Shown one piece after another: positions 1 through 9,215 of a stretch of DNA of 64,000 nt. Origin of the DNA: Actinomycetota bacterium (GTDB taxonomy: Bacteria; Actinomycetota; UBA4738; HRBIN12); the NCBI GenBank assembly GCA_041287635.1, contig JBGGNG010000057.1, positions 54,062 through 118,061 of the forward strand, in the 5' to 3' direction. Made by a program: the position numbers and the translations under genes. Position 1 is the stretch's first letter. Every line of letters starts with the position of its first letter. The notes beneath the pieces are model-generated. The model did not search any database, was not told the origin of the DNA, and saw nothing but the letters and a program-made list of their open reading frames with translations.

Positions 1-283
1 CTCCGACATGATCTATCAGCAGATCGGCTACCTGATGCGATCGGGGTCGCCGGACTCGCTCGATCTGATGGTCGCGATCAACTACGCCGTGATGGCCGCC
101 GACCTCACGATCGAAGGGGTCCACGGCCGACTCGTGGCCCTGCGCAACGGCAACTACGTCAATGTGCCGCTCACCGTGCTGGGACAGGGCGTCAAGAGGG
201 TCGATGTCGACGCGCTGTACGACGCCGAGGCCTACCGGCCGAAGATCCGCCACGTCGACGGCAAGCCGATGTTCCTGTACTGA
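1..283 (+). CDS. pfk: 6-phosphofructokinase, C-terminal fragment (5' end outside window)
   Basis: ORF 8..283 translation [27 protein letters not shown]...[16 protein letters not shown] matches the conserved PFK C-terminal region (GHIQRGGSP...RCVGIQN pattern in PfkA); the ORF is open to the window edge. Confidence 0.7.
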   Translation, partial: SDMIYQQIGYLMRSGSPDSLDLMVAINYAVMAADLTIEGVHGRLVALRNGNYVNVPLTVLGQGVKRVDVDALYDAEAYRPKIRHVDGKPMFLY

Positions 284-324
284 CGGCGCGGAGTGGTCGG
301 CCGGCCCTCGGTAGACTGCGCGCC

Positions 325-1404
325 ATGAGCCGGTTCCGCGTCGATCTGCGTTCGGACACCGTCACGATGCCGTCGCCCGAGATGCGCAAGGCGATGGCGG
401 AGGCCGATGTCGGGGACGCCTGGTACGGCGACGACCCGACCGTGAACCGTCTGCAGGACCTCGCGGCCGAGCGCCTCGGCACGGAAGCCGCGTTCTACGT
501 GCCGACCGGCACGATGGCGAACCAGATCGCGCTGGCCCTGCGCGCGCGAACGGGACACCTCGTGGCGTGCTCGGAGTGGTCGCACGTGGCCACGACCGAG
601 GTGATGACCTCGGCGGCCCTGTCGGGCATCGCCTTCCGTACCGCCGACCCCGGTCCCCGGGGGTGGATCGACGCCGAGATCGCCGGGTCGCTGCTGGAAC
701 CCGACTCCTACTACGACGTCGAGATCGTCGACGTGCTGTCGGTCGAGAACACGCTGGGTGGGGCGGGCGGCCGGGTGATGCCGCTCGAGGAGTTGCAGGC
801 GGTCCGGAAGGTGGCCGACGACGCCGGGGTGCCGGTGCACCTCGACGGCGCCCGGCTCTTCAACGCCGCGACCGCGGCCGGGGTCGACGCCCCCGAGTTC
901 GCGCGCGAGGCCGATACCGTGATGTTCTGCGTCTCCAAGGGACTGGGCGCGCCGATCGGGTCGCTGCTCTGCGGTCCTGCCGATCTGATGCCGGAGGTTC
1001 GGCGACTCTGGATCCTCTTCGGGGGCGCCTGGCGCCAGGCCGGCATCACCGCGGCCGCCGGCATCGTCGCGCTCGAGCGGGGTCCGGGGCGGCTGCACGA
1101 GGACCACGAGCGGGCTCGGCGCCTCGCCGCGGGGGTCGCCGAGCGTCTCCCTGGCTCGATCGATCTCGAACAGGTTGAAACGAACATGGTCCTCGTCGAC
1201 ACGGAAGCGGTGGGACTCGGCATGCTCGAGACGCTCGAGCGGCTGGAGACCCTCGGCGTGGGAGCGACGCACACCGGGAGTCACGTGCGCATGGTGACCC
1301 ACGCCGACGTGAGCGACGACGGTGTCGATGTCGCGCTCGACGCGTGGTCATCCATCGCGGAGGCCGCGTCATCCGAGCGCGCCGCCGGTGCGAAGGAGGA
1401 CTGA
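325..1404 (+). CDS. ltaE: low-specificity L-threonine aldolase (PLP-dependent)
   Basis: 359-aa ORF with N-terminus [32 protein letters not shown]...[10 protein letters not shown], typical of threonine aldolases. Confidence 0.8.
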   Translation: MSRFRVDLRSDTVTMPSPEMRKAMAEADVGDAWYGDDPTVNRLQDLAAERLGTEAAFYVPTGTMANQIALALRARTGHLVACSEWSHVATTEVMTSAALSGIAFRTADPGPRGWIDAEIAGSLLEPDSYYDVEIVDVLSVENTLGGAGGRVMPLEELQAVRKVADDAGVPVHLDGARLFNAATAAGVDAPEFAREADTVMFCVSKGLGAPIGSLLCGPADLMPEVRRLWILFGGAWRQAGITAAAGIVALERGPGRLHEDHERARRLAAGVAERLPGSIDLEQVETNMVLVDTEAVGLGMLETLERLETLGVGATHTGSHVRMVTHADVSDDGVDVALDAWSSIAEAASSERAAGAKED

Positions 1405-2027
1405 TGGGCTTGTTCACGAAGAACTACCCCCCGGAGATCGCCCCGCGCATCCCGCCGGGCCAGCGCCTCGTGAAGACATGGCCGGTGCTGCACTACGGGC
1501 CGATCCCGAACTTCGACGGCTCGACCTGGGACCTCGACGTCTCCGGCCTCGTGGCGAACCCCTTCCGGCTCGCGTACGAGGAGCTGCGCGCCATGCCGAG
1601 CGTCACCGTCGATGCCGACATGCATTGCGTGACCGGTTGGACGACGCTCGACAACACGTGGGAAGGCGTCCCCTTCCGCGCGATCCTCGAGCGAGCGCAC
1701 CCGGCGCCCGAAGCGAAGTGGGTGATCGCCGAGTGCTCTCACGGCTACACGTCGGATCTCTCGGTCGAGGCGATGAGCGACGACGACGTGCTCCTGGCCT
1801 GGCGCAACCACGGCGAGGACCTCTCGCCCGAGCACGGATGGCCGCTGCGGCTCGTCGTTCCCAAGCGGTACGCATGGAAGAGCGCGAAGTGGCTCACGGG
1901 GCTCCGGTTCAGCGACCGGAACGAGCGGGGCTTCTGGGAGGAGCGCGGCTACCACGTGCACGCCGAGCCGTTCGCGGAGGAGCGCTACAGCTACCAGGAG
2001 GGCCCGAGGGCCGAGCTCGAGCCCTGA
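1404..2027 (+). CDS. sulfite-oxidase-like molybdopterin oxidoreductase (YedY/MsrP-like catalytic domain)
   Basis: ORF 1344..2027 contains an internal ATG at 1404 (MGLFTKNY...) preceded by AAGGAGG and overlapping the ltaE stop; CVTGW molybdopterin-Cys motif and HGWPLRLVVPKRYAWKSAKWL are typical of the Oxidored_molyb fold. Confidence 0.6.
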   Translation: MGLFTKNYPPEIAPRIPPGQRLVKTWPVLHYGPIPNFDGSTWDLDVSGLVANPFRLAYEELRAMPSVTVDADMHCVTGWTTLDNTWEGVPFRAILERAHPAPEAKWVIAECSHGYTSDLSVEAMSDDDVLLAWRNHGEDLSPEHGWPLRLVVPKRYAWKSAKWLTGLRFSDRNERGFWEERGYHVHAEPFAEERYSYQEGPRAELEP

Positions 2028-2076
2028 TCGGGCCGAGCCGTCGAGCCTGAGTCAGGCCGAGCCGCTCGAGCCGGCG

Positions 2077-2913
2077 TCAGGCGGGAGCCAGGCTGCGCAG
2101 GAGCGCGATCTGCGCCGCGTGCGACGCGGCATCGCCGGGTGTCTCGAGCACGAATGCCCACTCGGCCGCCTCCTGGCGTGCCAGCAACGCACGCCACCCC
2201 TCGATGCCGATCGTTCCCTCGCCGATCGGTGCGTGACGGTCGCGGCGCTCGCCCCGGGGGAAAACGGAATCGTTCGCGTGCACGAGGCCGACCCGCTCGA
2301 TGAGCCCGTGCACCCTCAACTCGTCGAAGAGCGCCGCGACCCCTTCGGCCGCGTCGAGCCCGTAGCCGGTCGCGACGAGGTGACACGTATCGAGGCAGAG
2401 GCCGAGGCGGTCGTCGTCTGCTTCCTCGAGCAGGGCCGCCGCCTCGGCGATCGTCGAGGCGGCGGCGCCTCGGGTCCCGGCCATCAGCTCCACGAGCACC
2501 TGCACCCGCTCGGCGGTCGCGACCGTCTCGCGAAGGGTGTGGGCCGCGCGGCGACGTGCCCCGGCGGACTCACCGCTGCCTCCGGCGCCCGCGTGCACGA
2601 CGAGCAGATCGATGCCGAGTCGGTCACAACCTCGGGCCGTCCGTCGGGCGAGCGTCCGGGAACGTGCGAGGAAGCCCCGGTTCGGCGACGCGATGTTCAC
2701 GACGTACGGGGCATGGGCCGCCAGCGGTCCGAGGCCCTCCGCCGCCCATGCCTCGCGGAACCTGGCCGCGGTCTCCTCGGAGAACGAAGGCGGTACCCAT
2801 GCGCGCGGATTCGAGACGAAGACCTGGGCGCAGTCGGCACCGCGTCGGCGACACTCCTCGACCACTCCGGTGGTGGTGTGGGAGCCGCGGCGCACGTGGG
2901 CGCCGAACCTCAA
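2077..2913 (-). CDS. nfo: endonuclease IV (AP endonuclease, TIM-barrel)
   Basis: C-terminal ~277 aa of ORF 2077..3717 match Nfo (RFGAHV...VFVSNPRAW...HAPYVVNIAS...HAGAG...CLDTCH...VHANDS); TTG start at 2913 gives MRFGAHV and overlaps the upstream kinase stop (TTTGA); the upstream part of the long ORF is out-of-family Arg-rich junk. Confidence 0.75.
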   Translation of the reverse strand: MRFGAHVRRGSHTTTGVVEECRRRGADCAQVFVSNPRAWVPPSFSEETAARFREAWAAEGLGPLAAHAPYVVNIASPNRGFLARSRTLARRTARGCDRLGIDLLVVHAGAGGSGESAGARRRAAHTLRETVATAERVQVLVELMAGTRGAAASTIAEAAALLEEADDDRLGLCLDTCHLVATGYGLDAAEGVAALFDELRVHGLIERVGLVHANDSVFPRGERRDRHAPIGEGTIGIEGWRALLARQEAAEWAFVLETPGDAASHAAQIALLRSLAPA

Positions 2914-4832
2914 AGCAGGAAGAGCTGGATCGTGTCGCCGTAGCTGACCATGACCCCGGGCGCGGGGCTCTGGGTGATGACGACGCCCGTGCCCCCGGGG
3001 AGGTCGGTGAACGACACCTGCAGGCCGTACTCCGCGGCCCGGTCCTCGGCGGCCCCGCGTGTCAGCCCGATGAAGCTCGGGGACTGGAACCGCTCGGGTC
3101 CGAGCGAGACCTTCAGCGTGACCGTGGAGGCGTACGGGGCCTCCGAGTTCGCCTTCGGGCTGACGCCGATCACGAACCCACGCTCGATGGTGTTGGAGAA
3201 GGCGTCCTCGGTCGTGACAGAGAAGCCGAGCTCCTGGAGGGTGTCGGAGGCTTCCGACTCGCTCACACCGGCGACCTTCGGCACCGCCACAGGGGCATGT
3301 CCCCTGCTCACGACCAGCTCGACCGTGCTCCCCGAAGGAACCATGCCGGTCTGTCGCTGCTCGATCACGCTGCCGTCGGGAACCTCGTCGTCGTAGCGGC
3401 GTTTCGCGACCGCGACGTCGAGTCCCTCCCGCTCCAGCTGCGTGGTCGCCCGTTCGAGGGTCATGCCCTCGACGTTCGGAGCCTTCACGGGTGGCGGACC
3501 GAGCGAGGGCACGATCGTGACGATCTCGCCCTGCTCGAGCGACGTGCCCGGCTCGGGCTCCACGCGGATCACGCTGCCCTGGGTGACGCGCGCGGAGTAC
3601 TGCCCGTCGGCGATCGTCACGGCGAAGCCGAGGTCGGAGAGCTGGTCCCTGGCGGCGTCGACGGGAACACCGGCGAGCGTGGGCACGTCGGCGCGGTGGG
3701 GGATCAGATAGGTCCACACGCCCCAGGCCGTCGCGGCGAGCGCCGCCACGAGGGCGACGATACCCAGACGCCGGCGCCAGCGGCGGCGAGTGCCCCGCTC
3801 CACCCGGACGATCGTGGCGGTGGTCGTGTCGAGCTCGCTCGCTTCCGACGCATCCCCGAGCACGACGACGTCGGTCGTCGTGCCGTCGGCCGGCAGTGGC
3901 ATCGCCGGGGGCGCGTCGTCGATGATCGACGTGAGCGCGCGGGCGGACGGGAGCGACGGTGTGATCGCATCGAGGTCGCGATGCATCGCGAGCGCGGACT
4001 CAGGACGCATCTCCCGGTCGCGGTCGGTGGCGCTCGCGACGAAGCCGTCGAGCTCGGCGGGGATCGAGGGGACGGCCGCGCTCGGCATCGGCACCCGGCC
4101 CGAGAGGTGCTTGTAGGCGATCGACATCGCGGTCTCGCCGGTGAACGGCAGCTTCCCGGTCAGCAGCTCGTAGCTCACGATGCCGAGCGAGTACAGGTCG
4201 CTGCGGGGGTCGGCCGGCTCGCCGCGGATCTGCTCGGGCGCCAGGTACTGCACCGTTCCGGTCACCGTGCCGGCCTGGGTCTGCCGGCCCTCGGCGTAGG
4301 CACGAGCGAGGCCGAAGTCCGCGACCTTCACGACGCCCTCGGTCGTGACCAGGATGTTCTCGGGCTTGATGTCACGGTGCACGATGCCCTGGCGATGGGC
4401 GTGATCGAGCGCCTGCAGCGTCTGTCGCACGACCTCTGCCGTCTGCGCGGGCTCGAGGCGCCCGTCGCGATTCAGCAGCGCGCGCAGGCTCTGACCGCGG
4501 ACGAACTCCATGACCATGTAGTAGATGCCGTCGACGGAGCCCCAGTCGAAGACGGCCACGATGTTGGAGTGGGAGAGCCCGGCGGCCGCGCGTGCCTCGG
4601 TCCTGAACCGATCGACGAACGCCTGGTCGCCGGCGAGCGAGCGGTGCAGCACCTTGATCGCGACCTCGCGTGCCAGCACCGTGTCACGGGCACGGAAGAC
4701 CTCGCCCATGCCGCCCGACGCGATGCGCTCCACGATCGCGTAGCGCCCGTCGAGGGTGACGAGCGCATGGCCTTGCGGTGCACCCGCCGGTGCCGGCTGC
4801 GCGATACTCCTAGACGTGGTGCCCTCCTGCAT
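2910..4832 (-). CDS. pknB: Ser/Thr protein kinase with four C-terminal PASTA repeats (PknB-like)
   Basis: ATG at 4832 gives MQEGTTSRS...; Hanks kinase motifs (GGMGEVF, VAIK, HRDIKPENIL, DFGLA, GTVQYLAPE), a TM segment and four PASTA-like repeats (...VTIADGQYSARVTQGSVIRVEP... x4). Confidence 0.8.
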   Translation of the reverse strand: MQEGTTSRSIAQPAPAGAPQGHALVTLDGRYAIVERIASGGMGEVFRARDTVLAREVAIKVLHRSLAGDQAFVDRFRTEARAAAGLSHSNIVAVFDWGSVDGIYYMVMEFVRGQSLRALLNRDGRLEPAQTAEVVRQTLQALDHAHRQGIVHRDIKPENILVTTEGVVKVADFGLARAYAEGRQTQAGTVTGTVQYLAPEQIRGEPADPRSDLYSLGIVSYELLTGKLPFTGETAMSIAYKHLSGRVPMPSAAVPSIPAELDGFVASATDRDREMRPESALAMHRDLDAITPSLPSARALTSIIDDAPPAMPLPADGTTTDVVVLGDASEASELDTTTATIVRVERGTRRRWRRRLGIVALVAALAATAWGVWTYLIPHRADVPTLAGVPVDAARDQLSDLGFAVTIADGQYSARVTQGSVIRVEPEPGTSLEQGEIVTIVPSLGPPPVKAPNVEGMTLERATTQLEREGLDVAVAKRRYDDEVPDGSVIEQRQTGMVPSGSTVELVVSRGHAPVAVPKVAGVSESEASDTLQELGFSVTTEDAFSNTIERGFVIGVSPKANSEAPYASTVTLKVSLGPERFQSPSFIGLTRGAAEDRAAEYGLQVSFTDLPGGTGVVITQSPAPGVMVSYGDTIQLFLL

Positions 4833-4895
4833 GTGTAGGGAAGCGCTCTCCGCAGGAGCGCCGGGCGAATCGTATAGCCGGAAAGGGGCCGGATC

Positions 4896-5729
4896 GTGGA
4901 GGTTCGGGCAACTGCGTCGCCGAAGGGCCCTGGCGAGATCGGCGCCGATCTCGACCGCATCGAGGCCGCCGTGGCGGCCGGGAACACCGATCTGAAGGCC
5001 CTCGGGTTCTGGGCGGTGGTGAAGCGCGTCAAGCTCGATCGCCTCCTCGTCGACGAGCACGCCGACCAGATCGGCCGCATCGACACGGCCGCGTTCCGGG
5101 TCGGGGTGCGCCTGCGCCTGCCGGTCTGGCTGGGCAACACCCTGCTCGTCGTCGGCACGGTCGTCGGGGCATTCGCTGCGGGGGCCGCCTTCGTCTGGCA
5201 GACCCCGTTGTGGAAGGGGCTGGCCCTGATCGCGGCCGGGGCGATCTGGTCGATCTCGGTGCACTCACCCACGCACTGGCTGGTGGGCACCATCGTGGGG
5301 ATCCGATGGACTGACTACTTCCTCGGCGGACCGCCGCCGCCCAGGCCGGGGCTGAAGTCCGACTACGGCACCTACCTGCGAGCCGATCCGGACTCCCGCG
5401 CCTGGATGCATGCGTCGGGCGCGATCGCCACGAAGCTCGCCCCGTTCGTCGCCCTCGCGTTCTGGCGCGCATCGGGCGCACCGTGGTGGGCGGCGGCCGC
5501 CCTGGGCGGCATCGGCATGCTGCAGATCGCGACCGACATCGGTCTCAGCACGAAGTCGAGCGACTGGAAGAAGTTCCGCCGGGAGAAGGCGATCGCGAGG
5601 CAGCGCCGAGCGGCGCTGGAGCCCGGAGCGCCCGCTGCCGAGGAGGCGCGCGTCACCGGCGGGTCGCAGATCCCGAGGGCGGTGCTTCCTGCCCTTCCTG
5701 CCGAACCGGTCGAGCCGCGTCCTCGTTGA
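4896..5729 (+). CDS. hypothetical integral membrane protein
   Basis: 277-aa ORF with GTG start after an AAAGGGG RBS, divergent from pknB; several hydrophobic helices; no family recognised. Confidence 0.4.
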   Translation: MEVRATASPKGPGEIGADLDRIEAAVAAGNTDLKALGFWAVVKRVKLDRLLVDEHADQIGRIDTAAFRVGVRLRLPVWLGNTLLVVGTVVGAFAAGAAFVWQTPLWKGLALIAAGAIWSISVHSPTHWLVGTIVGIRWTDYFLGGPPPPRPGLKSDYGTYLRADPDSRAWMHASGAIATKLAPFVALAFWRASGAPWWAAAALGGIGMLQIATDIGLSTKSSDWKKFRREKAIARQRRAALEPGAPAAEEARVTGGSQIPRAVLPALPAEPVEPRPR

Positions 5730-5761
5730 GGGCCGGCCTCGCTCCATCGCCTCGATAGGGT

Positions 5762-6643
5762 GTGCCCGTGGACCTCGTGTGCGTCGGCGATGTGATGCTC
5801 GACATCAGGGTCGACGCCCAAGCGTTGAAGCGCGGCGGCGACGTACACGGCCGCGTGCTCCTGCAGCCGGGAGGCACCTCGGCGAACGCGGCCGTGTGGG
5901 GGGCGTGGGCCGGCGCGACGACGCGGGTGCTCGGCCGCATCGGCGACGACCTGCCGGGGCGGAACGTGCGGGCGGCGCTCGCCGAACGAGGGGTCGACGC
6001 GGCGCTGACGGCCGATGCCGAGGCAGCCACCGGCACGATGCTCGTGCTCCACGAGCCGGGGGAGCGTTCGATGGTCGCCGATCGCGGAGCGAATGCTCGC
6101 CTCGCGCCCGACGATCTTCCCCCGACGATCGAGGCGGGCGCCGTGCTGGTCTCCGGGTACCTGTTCCTGCAGGACGCCGGCCACGATGCGGCCGTCGCCG
6201 CGCTCGAACGGGCGCGCGCCGGTCTGGTCGCGGTGGAGACGGCGTCCTGGCCGCTGATCGAGGCGTTCGGTCCAGGCCGCTTCTTCGAGGAGACCTCGGC
6301 GGCCACCGTGGTGCTCGCGAACGAGCGCGAGGTCGAGGCGCTCACGGGCCGATCCGGCGTCGATGCCGCGGGAGCGCTCGGCGAGCGCTACCGCGTGGCG
6401 GCGGTGAAGATGGATCGCCGGGGAGCCACCCTCTGCGTGGACGGGCGCGTGCTCACCGCTCCCGCGGAGCCGGTCGACGAGGTCGACCCGACCGGAGCCG
6501 GCGACGCTTTCGACGGAGTGCTGCTCGCGATGCTCTCGTGTGGCGCCGCGCCCGAGGACGCGCTCGCCCACGCGTGCCACGCCGGGGCCCTCGTCGCGGC
6601 GAGCGAGCACGCGTGGCCCGAACTGGGGGCTTCCCGTGACTGA
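5762..6643 (+). CDS. psuK: PfkB-family carbohydrate kinase, probable pseudouridine kinase
   Basis: Ribokinase-fold motifs (VCVGDVMLD..., GGTSANAA, DPTGAGDAF) and an 8-nt overlap with the downstream psuG. Confidence 0.65.
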   Translation: MPVDLVCVGDVMLDIRVDAQALKRGGDVHGRVLLQPGGTSANAAVWGAWAGATTRVLGRIGDDLPGRNVRAALAERGVDAALTADAEAATGTMLVLHEPGERSMVADRGANARLAPDDLPPTIEAGAVLVSGYLFLQDAGHDAAVAALERARAGLVAVETASWPLIEAFGPGRFFEETSAATVVLANEREVEALTGRSGVDAAGALGERYRVAAVKMDRRGATLCVDGRVLTAPAEPVDEVDPTGAGDAFDGVLLAMLSCGAAPEDALAHACHAGALVAASEHAWPELGASRD

Positions 6644-7544
6644 CCCGCTCGTGGTGGCGGACGCGGTCCGCGACGCGCTCGCCGCCGGCGTCGGGGTGGT
6701 GGCCCTCGAGACCAGCGTGATCGGCCAGGGCCTGCCCGCTCCGCGCAACGAGGAGTGCGTGCGGCGCATGAGCTCGGCGATCCGTGAGTCGGGCGGCCTG
6801 CCGGCGTGGATCGGGGTCGTCGACGGGCGTGTGATCGTCGGCCTCGGGGCCGACGAACTCGCGCGCTTCTGCGAGCCGGGGGTCGCCACCAAGGTGGCGC
6901 GGCGTGACCTGCCGGTCGCGGTGGCGGCCCGCGACCTCGGGGCCACGACGGTGAGCGCGACGATCTGGACAGGCTCGAAGGCGGGCATCTTCGTCGGTGC
7001 GACCGGCGGCATCGGAGGCGTGCATCCAGGCGAGGCGCTCGATGTCAGCGCCGACCTGCTCGAGCTCGCACGCACGCCGGGGCTGCTCGTCTGCTCCGGC
7101 CCGAAGTCGATCATCGATCCCGCCGCGACGGCCGAGAAGCTCGAGGAGCTTGGTGTGGCGATCGCCGGCTACGCGGTGGATCGGCTGCCGTTCTTCCTGG
7201 CGAGGGAGGCACCTGTCGAGCTGGAACACCGCGTCGACTCGCCCGCCGAGGCGGCCTCGATGCTCGACGCTGCGCTCGCCCTGGGCACCGGGTCCACCGT
7301 GCTGGTCTGCAACCCGGTGCCGTCGGCGATCGCGATGGATGCCGACGAGGTGGCGGGGGCGGCTCTCGAGGCCGAGCGCCTCGCCGACGAACACGGGGTC
7401 TCCGGGAAGGCGCGCACGCCGTACCTGCTCTCGACGTTGGCCGAGCTGACCGGCGGACGGAGCCTCGAGGCCAACCTCGCCCTGCTCGAGGACAACGCGC
7501 GGGTGGCGGCCGAGATCGCCGTTGCGCGCGCCCGCCGCTCGTGA
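6636..7544 (+). CDS. psuG: pseudouridine-5'-phosphate glycosidase
   Basis: GTG at 6636 in frame with ORF 6540..7544; VVALETSVIGQGLPAPRNEE...WIGVVDGRVIVGL... is typical of PsuG (indigoidine synthase A-like) and it is coupled to the PfkB kinase. Confidence 0.8.
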   Translation: MTDPLVVADAVRDALAAGVGVVALETSVIGQGLPAPRNEECVRRMSSAIRESGGLPAWIGVVDGRVIVGLGADELARFCEPGVATKVARRDLPVAVAARDLGATTVSATIWTGSKAGIFVGATGGIGGVHPGEALDVSADLLELARTPGLLVCSGPKSIIDPAATAEKLEELGVAIAGYAVDRLPFFLAREAPVELEHRVDSPAEAASMLDAALALGTGSTVLVCNPVPSAIAMDADEVAGAALEAERLADEHGVSGKARTPYLLSTLAELTGGRSLEANLALLEDNARVAAEIAVARARRS

Positions 7545-8167
7545 GGGCTCGGGGCGAGCCCAGGACGGTGGCGTTGCGGGCCGGTGCCGCGGGCCCCGTC
7601 GGCTTCCTGGTCGCGGCGTTCGTGCTCGCCGCAGTCCGCGATGACGTGATCGCGTCCCAGGGGTGGGTGAGCTGGCCCAGCAGCATGGCGCTCGGCGGTG
7701 CCGCCGGTCTGCCGATGATCGCGGCGTTCCTCTGGCTCGGCGGGTGCTATGTGGTCTTCGCGCTGGGAGCCCTGCGGCCCGTGGCGCTCTCGACCGTCGC
7801 CGTCTCTGGATACCTCGTCACCGCCGCCGGCGACGTCCTGCTGGCGTTCCCGACCGACGCGGCGGGGGAGGCGACCTCGTGGCACGGCTGGCTCCACCTC
7901 ACCGGTGTGATCCTGGCGACCGTGGGCACCCTGATCGTGGCGGCGGCCCTGCTTGCCGCGACCCGGGGGCGTGCGGCATGGCGACCGTTGCTCCCCGCCG
8001 TGGCCGTGATCGTCACCGCCGCGTTCGTGGGTCTGGCAGGCGGCTTCGACGAGGGGTGGGCGAAGGTCGCCTACGTGGTGGGCATCACGGCGCCCGCCGC
8101 GGTGGTGCCGTGGTGCCTGATCCGTGACCTCGAGGCGCTCGGCGTCGCGGACGCCTTCACTACCTGA
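7541..8167 (+). CDS. hypothetical polytopic membrane protein
   Basis: 208-aa ORF whose GTG overlaps the psuG stop (GTGA); very hydrophobic with ~6 predicted helices. Confidence 0.4.
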   Translation: MRARGEPRTVALRAGAAGPVGFLVAAFVLAAVRDDVIASQGWVSWPSSMALGGAAGLPMIAAFLWLGGCYVVFALGALRPVALSTVAVSGYLVTAAGDVLLAFPTDAAGEATSWHGWLHLTGVILATVGTLIVAAALLAATRGRAAWRPLLPAVAVIVTAAFVGLAGGFDEGWAKVAYVVGITAPAAVVPWCLIRDLEALGVADAFTT

Positions 8168-9212
8168 GCCATGTCTTGCCGATCGCCTTCGAGAAGTGCC
8201 AGGCGTACCGCATGCTCTTCGGCTTCTTCGACTCGCCCCCGCGGCGGGTGAGGAACGTGACCGGCACCTCCACGATGCGGGCGCGCTGCCGCAACGCCTC
8301 GATCGTGATCTCCGAGCTCCAGAACTGATCCTGGACGAGGATCAGCTTGCGCAGCGTCTCGGCGCGCGTGGCGCGGTAGCCGCTCGAGATGTCGGTGATG
8401 CGCTGGCCGGTGAGGATCGTCACGAGCCAGGAGAAGAAGTGCACGCCCGCGTGGCGGATCAACGGCCCCCCTCGCTCGAAGTCGCCGAGCATGCGCGAAC
8501 CGTTCACGTGGTCGGCTCGGTCCTCGACGATCGGGGCGATCAGCACGGGGACCTCCTCCGGCAGGTGCTGGCCGTCGGCGTCGAGCGAGACGACGATGTC
8601 GGCGCCGAGCCGCAGGGCGATGTCGTAGCCCACGCGCAGCGCCATGCCGCCTCCACGCCGGATCGGCAGGGTCGCCGCGAAGGCGCCAGCCACCCGTGCG
8701 GCGTCCGCGGTGCCGTCATCGGAGTGGTCGTCGATCACGATCGGCACCACGTGGTAGCCGGAGACCTCCTTCGGCATCGCCTCGATCACGGCGCCGACGT
8801 TCTCGGCCTCGTTGAAGGCGGGGCAGATCGTGATGACCTTGGGCCCGGGCGGCACGCGACGTTCGATCTCGTCCCAGTCGAACCGCTCGACCGTGAGCGA
8901 CTCCACGAGCTGCCGGATCGCTCGCTCGCTGCGGTCGGCGTGCCCCTGCAGGCGGAACAGCAGCAGGAAGAGCACGACCACGGCGCCGAGCAGCAACGCC
9001 ACGAGCCGCCGGTTGTCGCCCGGCTGGAAGTTGAACGTGTCGAAGACCGGGTCGAACAGGTTCGGGAACGCCGCCAGCACGATCACGGCGATCGACGCGA
9101 CGAACGCCGTGAACAGGCTCAGCCGGCTGATGTTGCGTCGCTGGTAGGAGCGCAACGCCGCGAGGAAGAACGCGGCCGCAGCCACGCCGGCGAGCAGCCG
9201 CAGGGCCCACAT
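8160..9212 (-). CDS. membrane-anchored family-2 glycosyltransferase (DPM1/GtrB-like, polyprenyl-phosphate sugar transferase type)
   Basis: 350-aa protein with a ~100-aa multi-TM N-terminus followed by GT2 motifs (ICPAFNEAENV, IVIDDHSDDGT, VSLDADGQH, SGYRA); its ATG lies 3 nt after the sqdB stop. Confidence 0.75.
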   Translation of the reverse strand: MWALRLLAGVAAAAFFLAALRSYQRRNISRLSLFTAFVASIAVIVLAAFPNLFDPVFDTFNFQPGDNRRLVALLLGAVVVLFLLLFRLQGHADRSERAIRQLVESLTVERFDWDEIERRVPPGPKVITICPAFNEAENVGAVIEAMPKEVSGYHVVPIVIDDHSDDGTADAARVAGAFAATLPIRRGGGMALRVGYDIALRLGADIVVSLDADGQHLPEEVPVLIAPIVEDRADHVNGSRMLGDFERGGPLIRHAGVHFFSWLVTILTGQRITDISSGYRATRAETLRKLILVQDQFWSSEITIEALRQRARIVEVPVTFLTRRGGESKKPKSMRYAWHFSKAIGKTWLR

Positions 9213-9215
9213 GGG

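Noticed and set aside
1344-1403. Upstream ATG extension of the sulfite-oxidase-like gene overlapping ltaE by 60 nt
   Set aside because: An AAGGAGG RBS sits directly before the internal ATG at 1404 and the extension is Arg-rich non-homologous sequence; start placed at 1404.
1418-1431. GTTCACGAAGAAC motif resembling a LexA half-site pair
   Set aside because: The orientation is GTTC...GAAC (inverted relative to the GAAC-N4-GTTC SOS box), the spacing is N5, and it lies inside coding sequence.
2028-2076. Direct repeats GGCCGAGCCG / TCGAGCC and a GCCTGA-g-TCAGGC mini-palindrome in the convergent spacer between the Mo-enzyme gene and nfo
   Set aside because: The palindrome has a 1-nt loop (cannot form a hairpin); the repeats are short and GC-biased, so this was not called as a terminator.
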